Of a stretch of 64,000 nucleotides of DNA, positions 12,746-26,400 are shown piece after piece. The notes under the pieces were generated by a model. It saw only the letters and a list, made by a program, of their open reading frames with translations. It ran no database searches and was not told where the DNA came from. Origin of the DNA: Mytilus californianus. Lineage: Eukaryota. How positions within the stretch are numbered: the stretch's first letter is position 1; every line of letters begins with the position of its first letter. The DNA lies in assembly GCF_021869535.1 (NCBI RefSeq), contig NW_026262690.1, positions 77,190,001 to 77,254,000 on the forward strand, given 5' to 3'. The position numbers and the translations under genes were made by a program.

Positions 12746-13954
12746 TGCTAATGCTCATCAGTTTTACCAGTAAATGCTTTTAGTATATATCTGTTATGAA
12801 TGGATATCTCAGAGTAGGCAGCATATTGTATAATTGAATATTATGTTGAAGTTTATTTATTTTCAAAGAAAAGATTGTATAATTGAATATTATGGCTTAA
12901 ATTTATTTATGTTTTGATAAAAATATATTTTTATGACTTGATTTGCTTTGTCTGCATAGTAACTGAGTGAAAATAATGAGAACAACTTTAAACTGATACC
13001 ATGTCACCTCCCACTTAACAGAAGACAAGAAACATTGTTGTTTTTACATCCCTAATGCATTGTTTACAAACGTATGTGCACTGGAATTTCTGTTATTTAA
13101 GTTGGATTTTTCTAAAACACATCAAAATATTTTTGGCATGTGAAGACTGAAGAGATGTGGATTGGCCATATTTCATGTCTTCTGGATTGATTCTCTTAGC
13201 TTTTAGTTTTTTGGTACAGGTTAATGATGTATATAGATATAAGAAGATGCAGTTATTATTAGTTCTCCTGAACAAAGTTGAAGGCATCCATAGAATTACT
13301 TTCAGATGCAATGATTCTCTTGATCAAATAATAGAAAAGAAAGGATATGGGGTATCCATCCATGACACAAAATCAGTATATTCACAGCAAAAAAAAACCA
13401 AAAAGCAAAGGACCTAATTCTCACCAAAAAAAATAGCATGCTCGAGTGACTTGTGGCATACGTTGTAGATCCTCATTTAATTGAATCATAAAAAATTAGT
13501 ATAAGGATATAACTTCAGGTGATAAATTAACAAAATATGGATTGTGTACCTCTTTTACTTTCTAAGTTGTTCCTAGGACCACAATAGCTAGATAAGCATA
13601 TGTACTTCTTGCAATATTGCAACTTGTCACAGCTAAGACAAAATTGTGTTTGAAAAATATACTAGCCAATCTTCAGTCTTCAATTCCTATTTGTTGTTAA
13701 TACAGATATTTTCATAAAATGTCACTTTATTGAGACTTTGTGCAACAGCAATGAAATATCATTTGAACATTGTAAAAATTCAAAATGTGGTGATATAAAA
13801 ATAAAGAGATGTGTATGATTGTCAATAGGAAAACTATCAACCAAAGTCGAAGATGTAAACAACTATAGGTTACTGTATGGCTTTCAACCATTAGCAAAAG
13901 CATTACCATATACTAAGCTTTAAAAGACCCTAGCATGACAGTTTCAAAACAGAA

Positions 13955-14742
13955 AATAAACTGCTTCGCTGAGCGCAGCTGGATACGCCCGCAGAGGTCC
14001 AACTCTGAACAGTTGGGGCAAAAATGGACACAATATTCAAGCTTGATACAGGTCTGAATTTGGATTGTAATTAAATATTTGACATATTATAGGTTTCTGA
14101 ATAAATGTAGTCAAAGAACTTGAAATTGGTTATATGAATTGAATTTATATTCAATTAAAGATTTCTTGCTGTTGTGCAATACACTGTGCTGTTGTGCAAT
14201 ACACTGTGCTGTTGTGCAATACTTAGTAAATCTGTTGTCAGACTATAAACAAATAAAGTTCAATTAATTCTCAATGTCATATTAGAAATTTATGAAAATG
14301 TAAAGGGAGCTTACATCAATAGATATAAACAATTCACCAAAGTTTCATGAGAATTGCTGACAGCATTTTTGAGTTATTGTCCGAAATCTGGAAAATCCCC
14401 CCTTTTTTAATGAATAAAACCCCATACCTCAGAAATGATAAATGAAAAATTTATAAAATTCTAAATGGAGCTTACATCAATAGATATAAACAATTCACGA
14501 AAGTTTCATAAGAACTGCTGAAAGCATTTTTGATTTTTTGTCCGAAAACTGGAAAATCCCCCTTTTTTTATGAATAAAACCCTGTAACTCAGAAACGTAA
14601 AATCTAAAATATATATAAAAATAAAAAGGGAGCTCATGTCAATAGATATAAACAATTCACCACAATTTCTTGCAAGTTGGTGACGACGGACAGACGGACA
14701 ACGGTATACCATAATACGTCCCGTAAACGGGCATATAAAAAA
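13955..14742 (+). mobile_element. HINE-type element, related 5' end with a different core repeat
   Basis: 5' end matches 10116/15319 (GCGCAGCT.GATACG.CCGCAGAGGTC). Two ~170-bp core units, GACG/GACA microsatellite, 3' hairpin (CCCGT AA ACGGG) and A-run. Confidence 0.7.
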
Positions 14743-14944
14743 TCAACCTCAATTTTAACTAAATACCAATTGGATTGTATGGAGCTTCCTATAATACATG
14801 AAATATATGAGTGGCTAGGTAGCACATGCAATACTATGGATTCATTTATTTTGGTGGATACCAATTTTTGTTGAACAAGGAAAACATGCATTTTGTTGAT
14901 ATTTGAATTCATTGTTTTGCCAAAGTCTGCATATATTCCTATTT

Positions 14945-15310
14945 ATAAAAATAAGATGTGGTATCATTGCCAAAATCAACTCTCCACCTGAGACCAAATG
15001 ACATAGAAGTTAACAACTATAGGTCACCTTACGGCCTTCAATAATGAGCAAAACCCATACTGCATTGTCAGCTATAAAAGGCCCGATATGACAAATGTAA
15101 AACAAATCAAACAAGAAAACTTGACAGCCTGATTAATGTACAAAACAATGAAAGTAAAACAAATATGATGTACATCAACAAATGACAAACACTGAATTAC
15201 AAGCTCCTGACTTGGGACAGGCACATACAGAATGTAGCTGGATTAAACATGTTTGTGGGCGCCCAAACATCCCACTAACCTGAGACTGGTGTAACAGCAC
15301 AACATAGTAA
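14945..15310 (+). repeat. High-copy interspersed repeat (AAGATGTGGTATGATTGCCAATGAGACAACTCTCC family)
   Basis: Homologous copies or fragments at ~6690-6945 (+), 7950-8065 (-), 13800-13950 (+), 20815-21145 (-) and 43160-43320 (-). Confidence 0.75.
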
Positions 15311-15318
15311 CAAACTAT

Positions 15319-16767
15319 AATAAAATGCTCTGCTGGGGCGCAGCTTGATACGACCGCAGAGGTCGAACCCTGAACAGTTGGGGCAAGTATGGACACAACA
15401 TTCAAGCTTGATACAGCACTGAATTTGGATTGTAATTAAATATTTGACACAGCATAGGTTTCTCACACAGAATGAAAGTGGTCTAAGAACTTAAAAATAT
15501 TTAATTTACCTATTCAAACCATATCATTATTATTTGCTTTTATATATAAATCAGAAATAACCAATTTAAAATGGAAAATTTTAAAGAAAAAAAATGAAAA
15601 AAAAATCCCCCCCAATTTTTAAAACCCCCTTATGATTCATCACTCCCAAACTCAATCCCAGCTTTCCCTTTGTGGCATGGTACCTTGCAGTACAATTTCA
15701 GAGAGATCCATACACTTGAACACAAGTTATTGTCTGGAAACTAGAAAAATGCTTGTTTTTTGGCCCCAAATTCCTAAACGTTTAGGGCAATTACCCCCAA
15801 ACTCAAACCCAGCTTTTCCTTTGTGATATGGAACCTTGCAGTACAATTTCATAAAGATCCATACACTTACACACAAGTTATTGTCCTGAAACTAGAAAAA
15901 TGCTTGTTTTTTTTGCCCTTTGATGGCCCCTAATTACTAAAATTTTGAGGGAATTACCCCCCAAAATCAATCCCAGCCTTCCCTTTGTGGTATGGTACCT
16001 TGCAGTACAATTTCAGAGAGATCCATACATTTGAACACAAGTTATTGTCTGGAAACTAGAAAAATGCTTATTTTTGGCCCCTTATTCCTAACCTTTTTGG
16101 GCAATTACCCCCAAACTCAATTCCAGCTTTCCCTTTGTGATATGGAACCTTGTACAATTTCATAAAGATCCATACACTTACAAATAAGTTAGTGTCATGA
16201 AACTAGAAAAATGCTTGTTTTTTGCCCCTTTTTGGCCCCTAATTCCTAAAATTTGGAGGCAATTACCCCCAAAATCATACCCAGCATTCCCTTTGTGATA
16301 CGGAACCTTGTGATACAATGTCAGAGAGATACATACACTTACACAAAAGTTATTGTCATGAAACTAGAAAAATGCTTGTTTTTTGCCCCTTTTTGGCCCC
16401 TAATTCCTAAAATTTGGAGGCAATTACCCCCAAAATCAATCCCAGCATTCCCTTTGTGATATGGAACCTTGTGGTACAATGTCAGAGAGATCCATACATT
16501 TACACACAAGTTATGTCTGGAAGTTACAAAAATGCTTATTTTTGGCCCCTTTTTTGCCCCTAATTCCTTAACTGTAGGTACCATAACCCCTAAAATCAAT
16601 CCCCACCTTCCTTTTGTGGTATTGAACCTTATGGTAAAATTTCATTGAGATCCATTCACTTAAACTAAAGTTAGAGTGCGAAAACTAATGTGTCTTTGGA
16701 CGACAACGACGACGCCAACGTCATACCAATATACGAGCACAAAATTTTTTTTGCGGTCGTATAAAAA
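15319..16767 (+). mobile_element. HINE/Helentron-type element with satellite core (copy 2)
   Basis: Same structure and nearly the same sequence as 10116-11590 (7 core units), with different flanks. Confidence 0.8.
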
Positions 16768-17740
16768 TCAGTTGAAAAGGGCTCAACTCATCTCAACTAC
16801 AAAACATTTTTAATTTGTGGTTCCTCTTTAAGCACCAAATCCATGAAAATTGGTATCCAACCAATAATAATGAATCCACATACATTATAACATTGGTCTC
16901 TCACAACAATTTTGACAACTGCAATCATTAGAAAAACAATGTTAAATTTTCAGTCATAAAAACCAAACTTATCAGGGCTCTGCATGATGGGCTAAACTGA
17001 CAAGCATTGAAAGCATACCAAGTATTAATGGTCTTTCCAATATACATTTCTCAAAATGGATCAAACCAGAAAATACATTTTTTGCCCAAAGAAAGTCTTT
17101 TAGTAAGTTGTCATGGAGACCTTGAACTAGTCGTTCATGTTAAAATATGGGTCTTGGTGACCCTGTTTTTATATGTATTTTCATTTGTCAGACATTTCTC
17201 TGGATAATATATTTCTCAATAGCTTTTGGATAAATAGTAGATAAACCTGACCCATTTTTTGTGTGGATCTCTGTTACTATCTTAAATGTTTATTTACATG
17301 TCAATCAAGAACTGCATCAGAGATGATTTTCTTCATCGCAAATAAATGTCAAAATAACTGTATTGAAAGTCATTTACTAGGTTAAGTTTTCCTGGGTTCT
17401 CTGCAGGTACTATGGCTTCTCAATCAATAACAATTTACTGTCATGATATTGTCATGGTCACTGGAATTGGTGTTAAACACAAACTATTTTGAAAAAAGAA
17501 ATGGAAACAAACAATCTAGAATTTTATTGAAATCCTAAAAAAAAACAGAATAGAATCTTCATTGTTGTATATTCCTCGATTAGTAGTTGTGCAGATTTTG
17601 ACCTTTTGTATACAATATTATCAGTTATTGAAGCATAAAATGAAGGTTAAGGAAACTTCTGTAAAAATAAGTATATAAAGTGTGATTGCCAATGAGACAT
17701 GTATAAAAGGCACCATCAGGAAACAAATCAAAATAGATAA

Positions 17741-18338
17741 ATGAGGAATGTGTCCATGGGACACAGATGATGCCCCTGCTTGCATATTATATTAAGTTAT
17801 AAAGGGACATAACTGAAGAACAGTAAAAGTGAGCTACCAAAATTTGTACTTGATCTGAGTTTTGTAGTAATAAGTATTGTGTATAAGTTTCATAAAATTT
17901 GGTTGAGGCAAACTAAAGTTAGAGAACGGAAACGAAAAATTCAGCAATTTTTCCGTTTGTAAAGGAGCATAACTCTAGAACGGTTAAATGACACCACCAA
18001 AATTCAAGCTTGATCTGCATTTTGTGGTAATAAGCATTGTGTATAAGTTTCATAACATTTGGTTGAGGCAAACTTAAGTTAGAGAACAGAAAGGAAAAAT
18101 TCAGCAATTTTTCCATTTGAAAAGGGCATAACTCTAGAATGGTTAAAGTGATGCCACCAAAATTCAAACTTGATCTGTGTTTTGTGATAATAAGCAATGT
18201 GTATAAGTTTCACAATATTTGGTTGAGGCAAACTAAAGTTAGAGAACAGAAACCAGCTATGGGACGTACGTACGTACTTCCGTACAGATGGACAAGGGTA
18301 AAACTTAATGCTCCCTCCGCTACGGCGGGGGCATAAAA
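17741..18338 (+). mobile_element. HINE-type element with ~120-130-bp core repeats
   Basis: About 3.5 units (CATAACTCTAGAA..AAATTCAA.CTTGATCTG..GGTTGAGGCAAAC), GTAC microsatellite, terminal hairpin CTCCCTCCG CTA CGGCGGGGG followed by CATAAAA. Confidence 0.7.
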
Positions 18339-18738
18339 ACCAACAGCCTGATTTATGCTTAAACAAAAAACAAATCTGGCAGACAGCAACCAACAAGTAC
18401 CACTGAATTACAGGCTCCTGACTTGGAAATGGCACATAAAGAACTTGGAGGGATTGACTGAGCAATCAACCCCCCAACACAAACTTGGGACAGTGGTCTA
18501 ACAGCACAACAAAAGAATAAACTAAATTCAGCTAGAAAGGGAAAGCTTTAAGGTTTTGGTTTATATGTTCTCAGCATGTATGTTACAATTGTTAACGGAT
18601 AATGTGATGTTGACGGAGATCTTTACTTTTGTTAATTTAGTCATAACCTTTTATCTTTAGATATTGTAAAGACATCTGTCTATTGTTGACATCTAGATGT
18701 TATTTAGTTCTTTGTGTTTTTTGATTGCTGTCTCATTG

Positions 18739-18744
<6 letters not shown>

Positions 18745-18774
<30 letters not shown>
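18745..18774. repeat. (TA)n microsatellite
   Basis: About 15 TA units; similar runs at ~716-730 and 27445-27462. Confidence 0.9.
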
Positions 18775-18781
<7 letters not shown>

Positions 18782-20417
18782 ATCTCCTTTTATTCATATT
18801 AAACTAATACCATTTGTTGGATTGCTGTCTCATTGATATATACCCATCATCTCTTTCTATTCATATTAAGCTAATACCATTTGTTTAGGTCATATTTTTG
18901 TACTTATAATATAATAAATTCTTTAAAAAGCGTATCCGCTATATATTTTATTAATTGGTTTGTGTTTCACAAGGGTTGTTTCCATTTAAGACCAGTAATA
19001 ATTTGTATAGATTTAGGGTTTATGACTTGTCCCAATTCATACTATAAATATTTTTGTAAAACCGAGGTCCAGACCCTCGCAGAAATGAATCCTTTTGGGT
19101 ATCACATTAATGAAGCAGCTTGATTACTTAACATCCAGTGGCAAATACTTCATGCATGTTCAGGACGAAAATAAATTAACAATACCTAAATACAATATGT
19201 AGGTCCTGTATTAGAGGCCGTTCAAGATGAAGGTCCTGGAAATTTGGACTGCTACCGGAAAATCAGGGTATATGATGGAGTAGAAAAGAGAGGGACGAAA
19301 GATACCAGAGGGACAGTCAAACTCATAGATCGAAAAACAAACTGACAACGACATGGCCAAAAATAAAAAGACAAATAATAGTACAGATGACACAACATAG
19401 AAAACCAAAGACTAAGCAACACGAACCCCACCAAAAACTGGGGGTGATCTCAGGTGCTCCGGAAGGGCAAGCAGATCCTGCTCCACATGTGGCAGTTACA
19501 AAGAAACCAAAAGGACATGACCATCTTTCTGTATGTTTACAAAACCTTGAACATTAGACAGACAAATCAGACACAAGATATAGTACAAAATTTATTTCAC
19601 ACATTTTCTTGTATATTACAAATAATAAATATCATGTGAATTGCAAAAAAAAGAAAAATATAAAAAGTTTGTTGGAATCCGAGACATAAAATTGTGTGAA
19701 ACTTGTTTAAACTGAACTTTTGTACAGGAATCTTCAATTACTAATTTAAGATCTCATAGTATCAATACATAAGTTTCTGTAAACAGATTTTAATGTTTAT
19801 AACTTAACTGAAAAATTTGAGCCTCTTCTTTTTTTAAATAAAATTTGTTCATAATGCCCATCTCTTAACATGGATACAAAGTAAAATGAACAAGTATAGT
19901 TTATATAGCACTATTAAAGAAGCAAAGAAAACAGGAAGTCTAGACACTAAACGTATACAAATGTCTGCTTTTCATTAACTTCTCTTTCCATACTTGACTT
20001 TTATAAAGAAATTCACATTTACAGATTCATTGTATTGATAAAAGTCAAAAAGTCAAATTTCCAGTAACTATTTAATATATGCAATTTGTTATTCCACAAT
20101 AAAGCCCAAGTCACAAGCTAATTTCCACCTGATTAGAAAGAATTTAATCTGTATGTTAAATCCAATGTTACTTATAGTGAAATATTCACAATGTATCAGA
20201 CTGGAAAAACAACTTCATTTTGTAAATAAATATAACCTACTGAAGTACACAGGGCACCAGTTTTATTTTAAATTATCATTAGATCACATCAATAAAGGGG
20301 ATATAAAAAGCTTTGTCCTGAACACTTAGTGGATGATAGATTTATGACGAGAGTTTGTAGATGAGTGTCCTATGTGTCACATGTATCTATATACCACCAG
20401 CATGGTCCAAAGGATGA

Positions 20418-23400
20418 TTATCTAATACACATCACCTGAAACATAAAATTTAAAATATAACAGTCTTTAAGAAGTTTCAAGTTATAATTATAAAACTTGT
20501 TAAAATTTTCATTGCAATGTTGGGCATAAAAAACACAAATTTCTTTCATATCATTTTGTCGCATTATCGTTAAATGACACAATGGTAACAATTTTTTACA
20601 TATTGAGAAACAAACCTTCTTGGTGAAGGGCTGTTCCATAATTGATCATGATGGGAATCACTCAAATCAACAAATTATGGGTGGTTGCATTTTCCTTACA
20701 ATTTTTTAATAATTATAAATGAAAATTTTATTTTATGGGTGGTTGAGTTCTAAAAAGTGCCTCCCATGTCCTGATACGTTTAATTCTGGAACAGCCATAA
20801 AATAATGGAGGGGGCGGGTTGGGCGCCCGCTAAAATGTTTAATCCAGCCACATTCTGTATGTGCCTGTTCCAAGTCGGGAGTCTGTAATTCAGTGGTTGT
20901 CGTTTGTTGCTGTATATCATATTTGTTTTTCGTTCATCATTTTGTACATAAATCAGGCAGTTAGTTTTCTTGTTTGAATAGTTTTACATTTGTCATTTCG
21001 GGGCCTTTTATAGCTAACAATGCGGTATGGGCTTTGCTCATTGTTGAAGGCTGTACAGTGACCTATAGTTGTTAATTTGTGTGTCATTTGGTCTCTTGTG
21101 GAGAGTTGTCTCATTGGCAATCATACCACATCTTCTTATTTTTATATTAACTTAATTTTATCTGTTAGTTCTGAATTCAATTTCCAAACCTTTATTCTTT
21201 TCATGTTGTTGAATTTATTTTTGTGAGGAAAAGGGTAGACAAATGACATCTCTGACTAACTCATAGCATATAAAGATAGATCACCCTTACATATATGCAA
21301 GTGCCTTGAATAAGACTTCAATATATGCAATAGTTGTTAAAGATGACAGAGATCTATACAGAAATAGGCTGATTTATTAGGTAAAATAAGTCAACCACCT
21401 TGACCAATCTGCAACTAAACCTTTTTAGATCAACAATATAAACAACATTCATTATAGTGTCTGCACCTTAACAGTGTCTTCTATATTTAGCACGTCTATC
21501 ATTCCATGTCACAATTGCAGATTTTAACCGGAATATAATTATGTTTAGCACTCAAACAGAAAAAAGTGAACTACTTACAATATCATCAATTTTCATAATA
21601 CTTCTAACTGTCTCAGATGCTAAATGAATGGCACTTGTTGATACAAGAAGCGGCTGTAGGACATTCTCTTCTAGGATATTGGTTATTGCTCCCTATAGAA
21701 ACAGACATAGAAGTTCAATCTATGTGCCATAAAAACTGGTTATGACTATCATTCAAGGTACAATAATCAAGTATAATTAAAAATTAGCAGCCAGAAGCTG
21801 AATCACTTTACTTTTGTCGCCAGAAAAATACAATCCCAACTTGAATATTTTCACAATAAATAGCTGTACAGTATAGTTGTATGATATATTTCATGTGTTT
21901 CATTTATAATGTTAGAGATAGATTTCTAGAGTTAACCATCCATCATAAAATTTGTAAGAAGTGCCTTCTTAACTCCAAATCCCCCCTTCAGTACAAAAAT
22001 TTCTAGAAAAGCAGTTAACTTTAATTGACATACCTTTCTGACATTAATACCAGCAGTTATTTCTCCTTCAGCATGTCTGTTTCTGAGTTCTGTGACAGTA
22101 GCTATGGGATTTAACCCTGCGTTTTCAGCCAATGTAAATGGGATGATTTCTAATGCTTCAGCAAATGCTCTAAAACAATACTGTTCTGTTCCTGTCAGGG
22201 TATTGGCATATTCCATCAATTGTAGAGATAGTTCTACTTCGGGTGCTCCACCTCCAGCAATAATGAACCTGAAATCAACAAAATGGATACTTTAATTATT
22301 TAAATACTAAACTGTTGGTCACTGTGATATATTTCAATCATGTTAAATTATCTGTTTTAAGTTCTTATTAGACGGTCAATATAAAAGTTTTATTGCATAT
22401 TCTATTTAATGGACAAGGAGCTAAAACAGACTAGATTATCAGTTTCAAATGCATTACTTTGATGAAAACATAATGTCATTCCTCCTTATATTTCATCAAT
22501 ATCTATTTCCTTCTGCCCAATTCCTCATAATTTACAAAATGGTTTGGCTGAGGTTTCTCCTCATTTAACAAATATCCATGCCAAATTAATAGCAAGAAGC
22601 AAGTATTATACAAAGCGTGTGTGGTCAATACAATGACATGTTTCTTGAAGAGTCCTCAATGAAATTGTTCCACTAACATATGTTGTTGGAACCCAAATCA
22701 CTGTACTGAAAAAAAAATCCATTTCCAGTCATTGAAACTTAACTTACTCAAATTTTCTTGAAAGTTGTTTCAGGCAGCCTGTCAGTAATCATACATTTAA
22801 CAAATCATAATTTCATGAAGATTTTTATCAAAAATTCATTATACTTATTATCTTCACCCTACCTTTCTTTGACAAGACATCTGATAACACAAAGGGCATC
22901 GTGGAGTGATCTATCAGCTTCCTCTAGCACAAGTTTGTTAGATCCTCTCATAAGTACTGTTACACACTTCCCTGGAATAGCCATTCCAGTAATCTGAAGA
23001 AAAAAAAAACGATTCATCCATTATTTTATATCAGTGCTTTTTTATTGCATTTCATTCAGATCCTTTATTTTCTACTTTCAATTAGCTGCCAAAAAGGGTA
23101 CAACTTGTCATTGTAACGATTTCCAACCAAATTTTCTTAAACTTTATGATCAGGAAAATTGTTTAATGGCTTGGAAGGTACCTTTCAATATATACTATGT
23201 ATTTGTTTTTTTCTTTAATCTTTATTTGAAAATATCATTTATAAAAAATAAAATTTATCATAGCTTTTGACACATTTATATTTGAAAATGTGAAACAAAT
23301 TATTAATATACAAATAAAACTCATTGCTACTTCAAATATTATATAAATTGTAGTAGCATTATATTGTTTTCCTTTTGTTTGTCATTGTATGGCAGCATTT

Positions 23401-26400
23401 CTTTTTGTTTATCATGGTGTGTACTTTAATATGATACACATTTTTCCAGGGGAACACCTTTCACAGTTTTGTAGATAATAAAAAAAAAGAAATTTGTACA
23501 GTAAAATTACCTTAACAATTTTACTTGTTCCTGTCTGTACTTCTTCCACTAATTCCGCACTACCCATGTTTTCTGGTAAGAAATGGTCTATACTTGCAAT
23601 AGGTTTACATCCAACTGACTGAAAAATAGAAACAGGATGAAAATAAAGATATCCTAATATGAAAGTAAACATTTCACAAAATATAAAAAGAGATTTTAGT
23701 ATCAAGTTCAGCCACCCCATATACTTTCTTTTCCAATTTGGAAAACTACATAAAGAGTTATGTACTGAACAAAAAAGTTAAAGAATCATTAAGATCGTAA
23801 AGTCAATTGCAAATGCTGTAAAACCTCTAACATGAAATATCTCTTCAACTAAATGTCTTACCTTACAAACAAATTCAATATCTTCTCTTTCTATATCTTT
23901 AACAACTAAAATTTTCATCTTTGCTAAGAAATGTAGAGCTAAATCACTAACAGCATCTCTAAAATAGAACATTTCAAATTCAGTATTCATGATCAAGTGT
24001 AAGTTTTATTTACAGTATGTATCAGGTGTCTGTAAATGTATGTAAATACTACCATATACATGTATAAAAACTCGAATTTAAAATATAACACGAGAAACTA
24101 AAGAAGTATTTTGTTAATCATTTCTTTAAAAAAAGTTGTTAAAGTAGTATCTGGTATACAAGATACTAATAATTTGTCAAGCCTAATTTGAATGCTACAT
24201 TGTTTTTATCATTCATTTTGATTGGATATCACAAATAAGTTTCAGGATATCAATAAGACGATTTATGGTCTGAAATTTTGCACACTATTGCAGATATGAG
24301 ACTGATTTTAAAATGCATGATTTAGGAGAATTTTTCTCTTTGATGCATTTGAAGGGAGAAAACATAATTGCATTTGAAAATTTACAGACGTCAATTTAAT
24401 ATTTGACAGTTACAATTTTCAGTTTACAGACATCGCAATAAACTGAATCAGTGATTATCAATTTGCCAATTGATACCCTCAAATCTCTCCTCTATCTAAA
24501 TGTAGCAACACTGCGTTTTCTATACTTTGAATTACTAACCTTAAAATAGATTTCTGTATAAGCAGAACATTGCATCCTGCCTTTTTAACTTTTTTAACAA
24601 TATCTAAGATATACTGTCTTTCCTCTCGTAAAACTCTATCCATCTGTGTATAATCTGATACAATTACACTGTTGTCCATCTGGAAATAAATGATTTGTAT
24701 GATCGTTATTTTTCTTAACCTATATTTCAAATCAAAACAGACATGGCATATTTTCATATTGTATGTTCCTTAATATTTATGATTTAACACTGTTTTGAAA
24801 TATAAAACAACTTTTTGTTTGTGTTGCAGAATAAATTTCTGTTCTCTGCTTTACTTATGGTGCACTGATGATGGTTATGACTGTTCAAGTCTACTTTCGA
24901 ATCATAGCTCAGCATGCATTTATAGATTTTCGGTTCACCAGAATTTTTACCTGAAGAGGATAAATTCAGAAATGTTCATTGAACACTCATTAAGATCAAA
25001 ATAAATAATTTATTGTGATTTTAGTTATACCATCATACATTGGAGATTTACAGTTTGTGTTTTGTTTTTGGTAGTTATTTAAAGAATCCAATTAGATAAG
25101 TGTCATATTTTGTTTTCAAGCTTACATCAGTTTTAGGTGGTGATATACAGAACTGAATTAGACCAATCTTTGCCTTTTCCACCCTATTTGGTCCACCAGC
25201 ACCAGTTGTTTTCTGTGAGAATACTAATCCATCAATCAACTCTGTATCATCTACTGTTCCTCTGTAAATTAATGAGGTAAATGTGTAATCATTATTGTGT
25301 ATTTTATTCTTATAACAAACCCTATTAAAGTGTGTAAGATGGGAAGTTCAATCAAAAAGAAAAGAATTGCGAAAATTAAAATCAGTTTTATTAACTATTT
25401 TTCCAATTTCTACTCTCAACTAGGTTACAAATAATCAAGATATCATGGTTAAGAAGTCATACATGTTCTTAAAAGGGAGAATCCAGGAATTTGTGTGAAA
25501 CTAGACAAATTCGTCCATAGGAAACATATTATAGTAAATTAGATACATGCATCATCAGGCTTCCCACTATTTTTGCAACAAAATATACCAGGGTTTGTCC
25601 ATGACATTTCAAGGATGGTATTTATAGAAATAACAGATGAAGTTACCTTTGATTGTAAGGGAACAGTTCCAAACACTCCACAGACTGAAGTTATAGTGAG
25701 TAACTTAGCACCTTAATTATAGGCAAAAAATATTAGCTTCTTACAAATGTTCAAAGGAGTATACACGTAATTTATATTGGGAGACTATGGCCTATAAAAT
25801 ATTAACAAATTTAAAGGTAGGGTTGGAACCCTAAGTAAATGGATAGATGCTCCTTATCAGAAACATAAAACATATTTACCCCAACTTTTTCATCATTTTA
25901 ATATCTCGAAGATCAACATTACTAGCTGTTGCTGGATCTATTACTTTCATCACAGCATCAACTGCTATTGGTGACAACAAACTTGAATACTGGGAAACCA
26001 CCTATACCAAAATCAAGTATTTGTTACATTCATGATAATCAATATAAGTTTATTTCAATGGCAGAAAAAGTAAAAAAAAGTTTGATGGATGTTGTGCAGT
26101 GATGTTTTCTAAAAGTAAGTATCTGATTTCAAGACAATACTTTTGGTTTCCACTGACACTTGATACTTTTGGTGTGTGTGTGTTATGTTTTGTTCTTTTA
26201 ACCATTTTTCAACTAGTGTAAAATCATGGACTGTTACATAAGTGAGAAGTTTGAAACCATTAAACCTCTTTAGTCAGTCTCTTTCATGTGGAATGTATGT
26301 GTTCCATGTCAGGAATATCTGTTTTACTGTTCCATTTTTGGGTAGTCCATTTCTTAAACCTTGAAATTTAGATTATTCAATATTTCCTTTTTTATCAATC

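Noticed and set aside
13093-13417. Overlapping 72-aa and 86-aa ORFs between ACYP and CCT4
   Set aside because: No recognisable domain, no linked exons, and lengths expected by chance.
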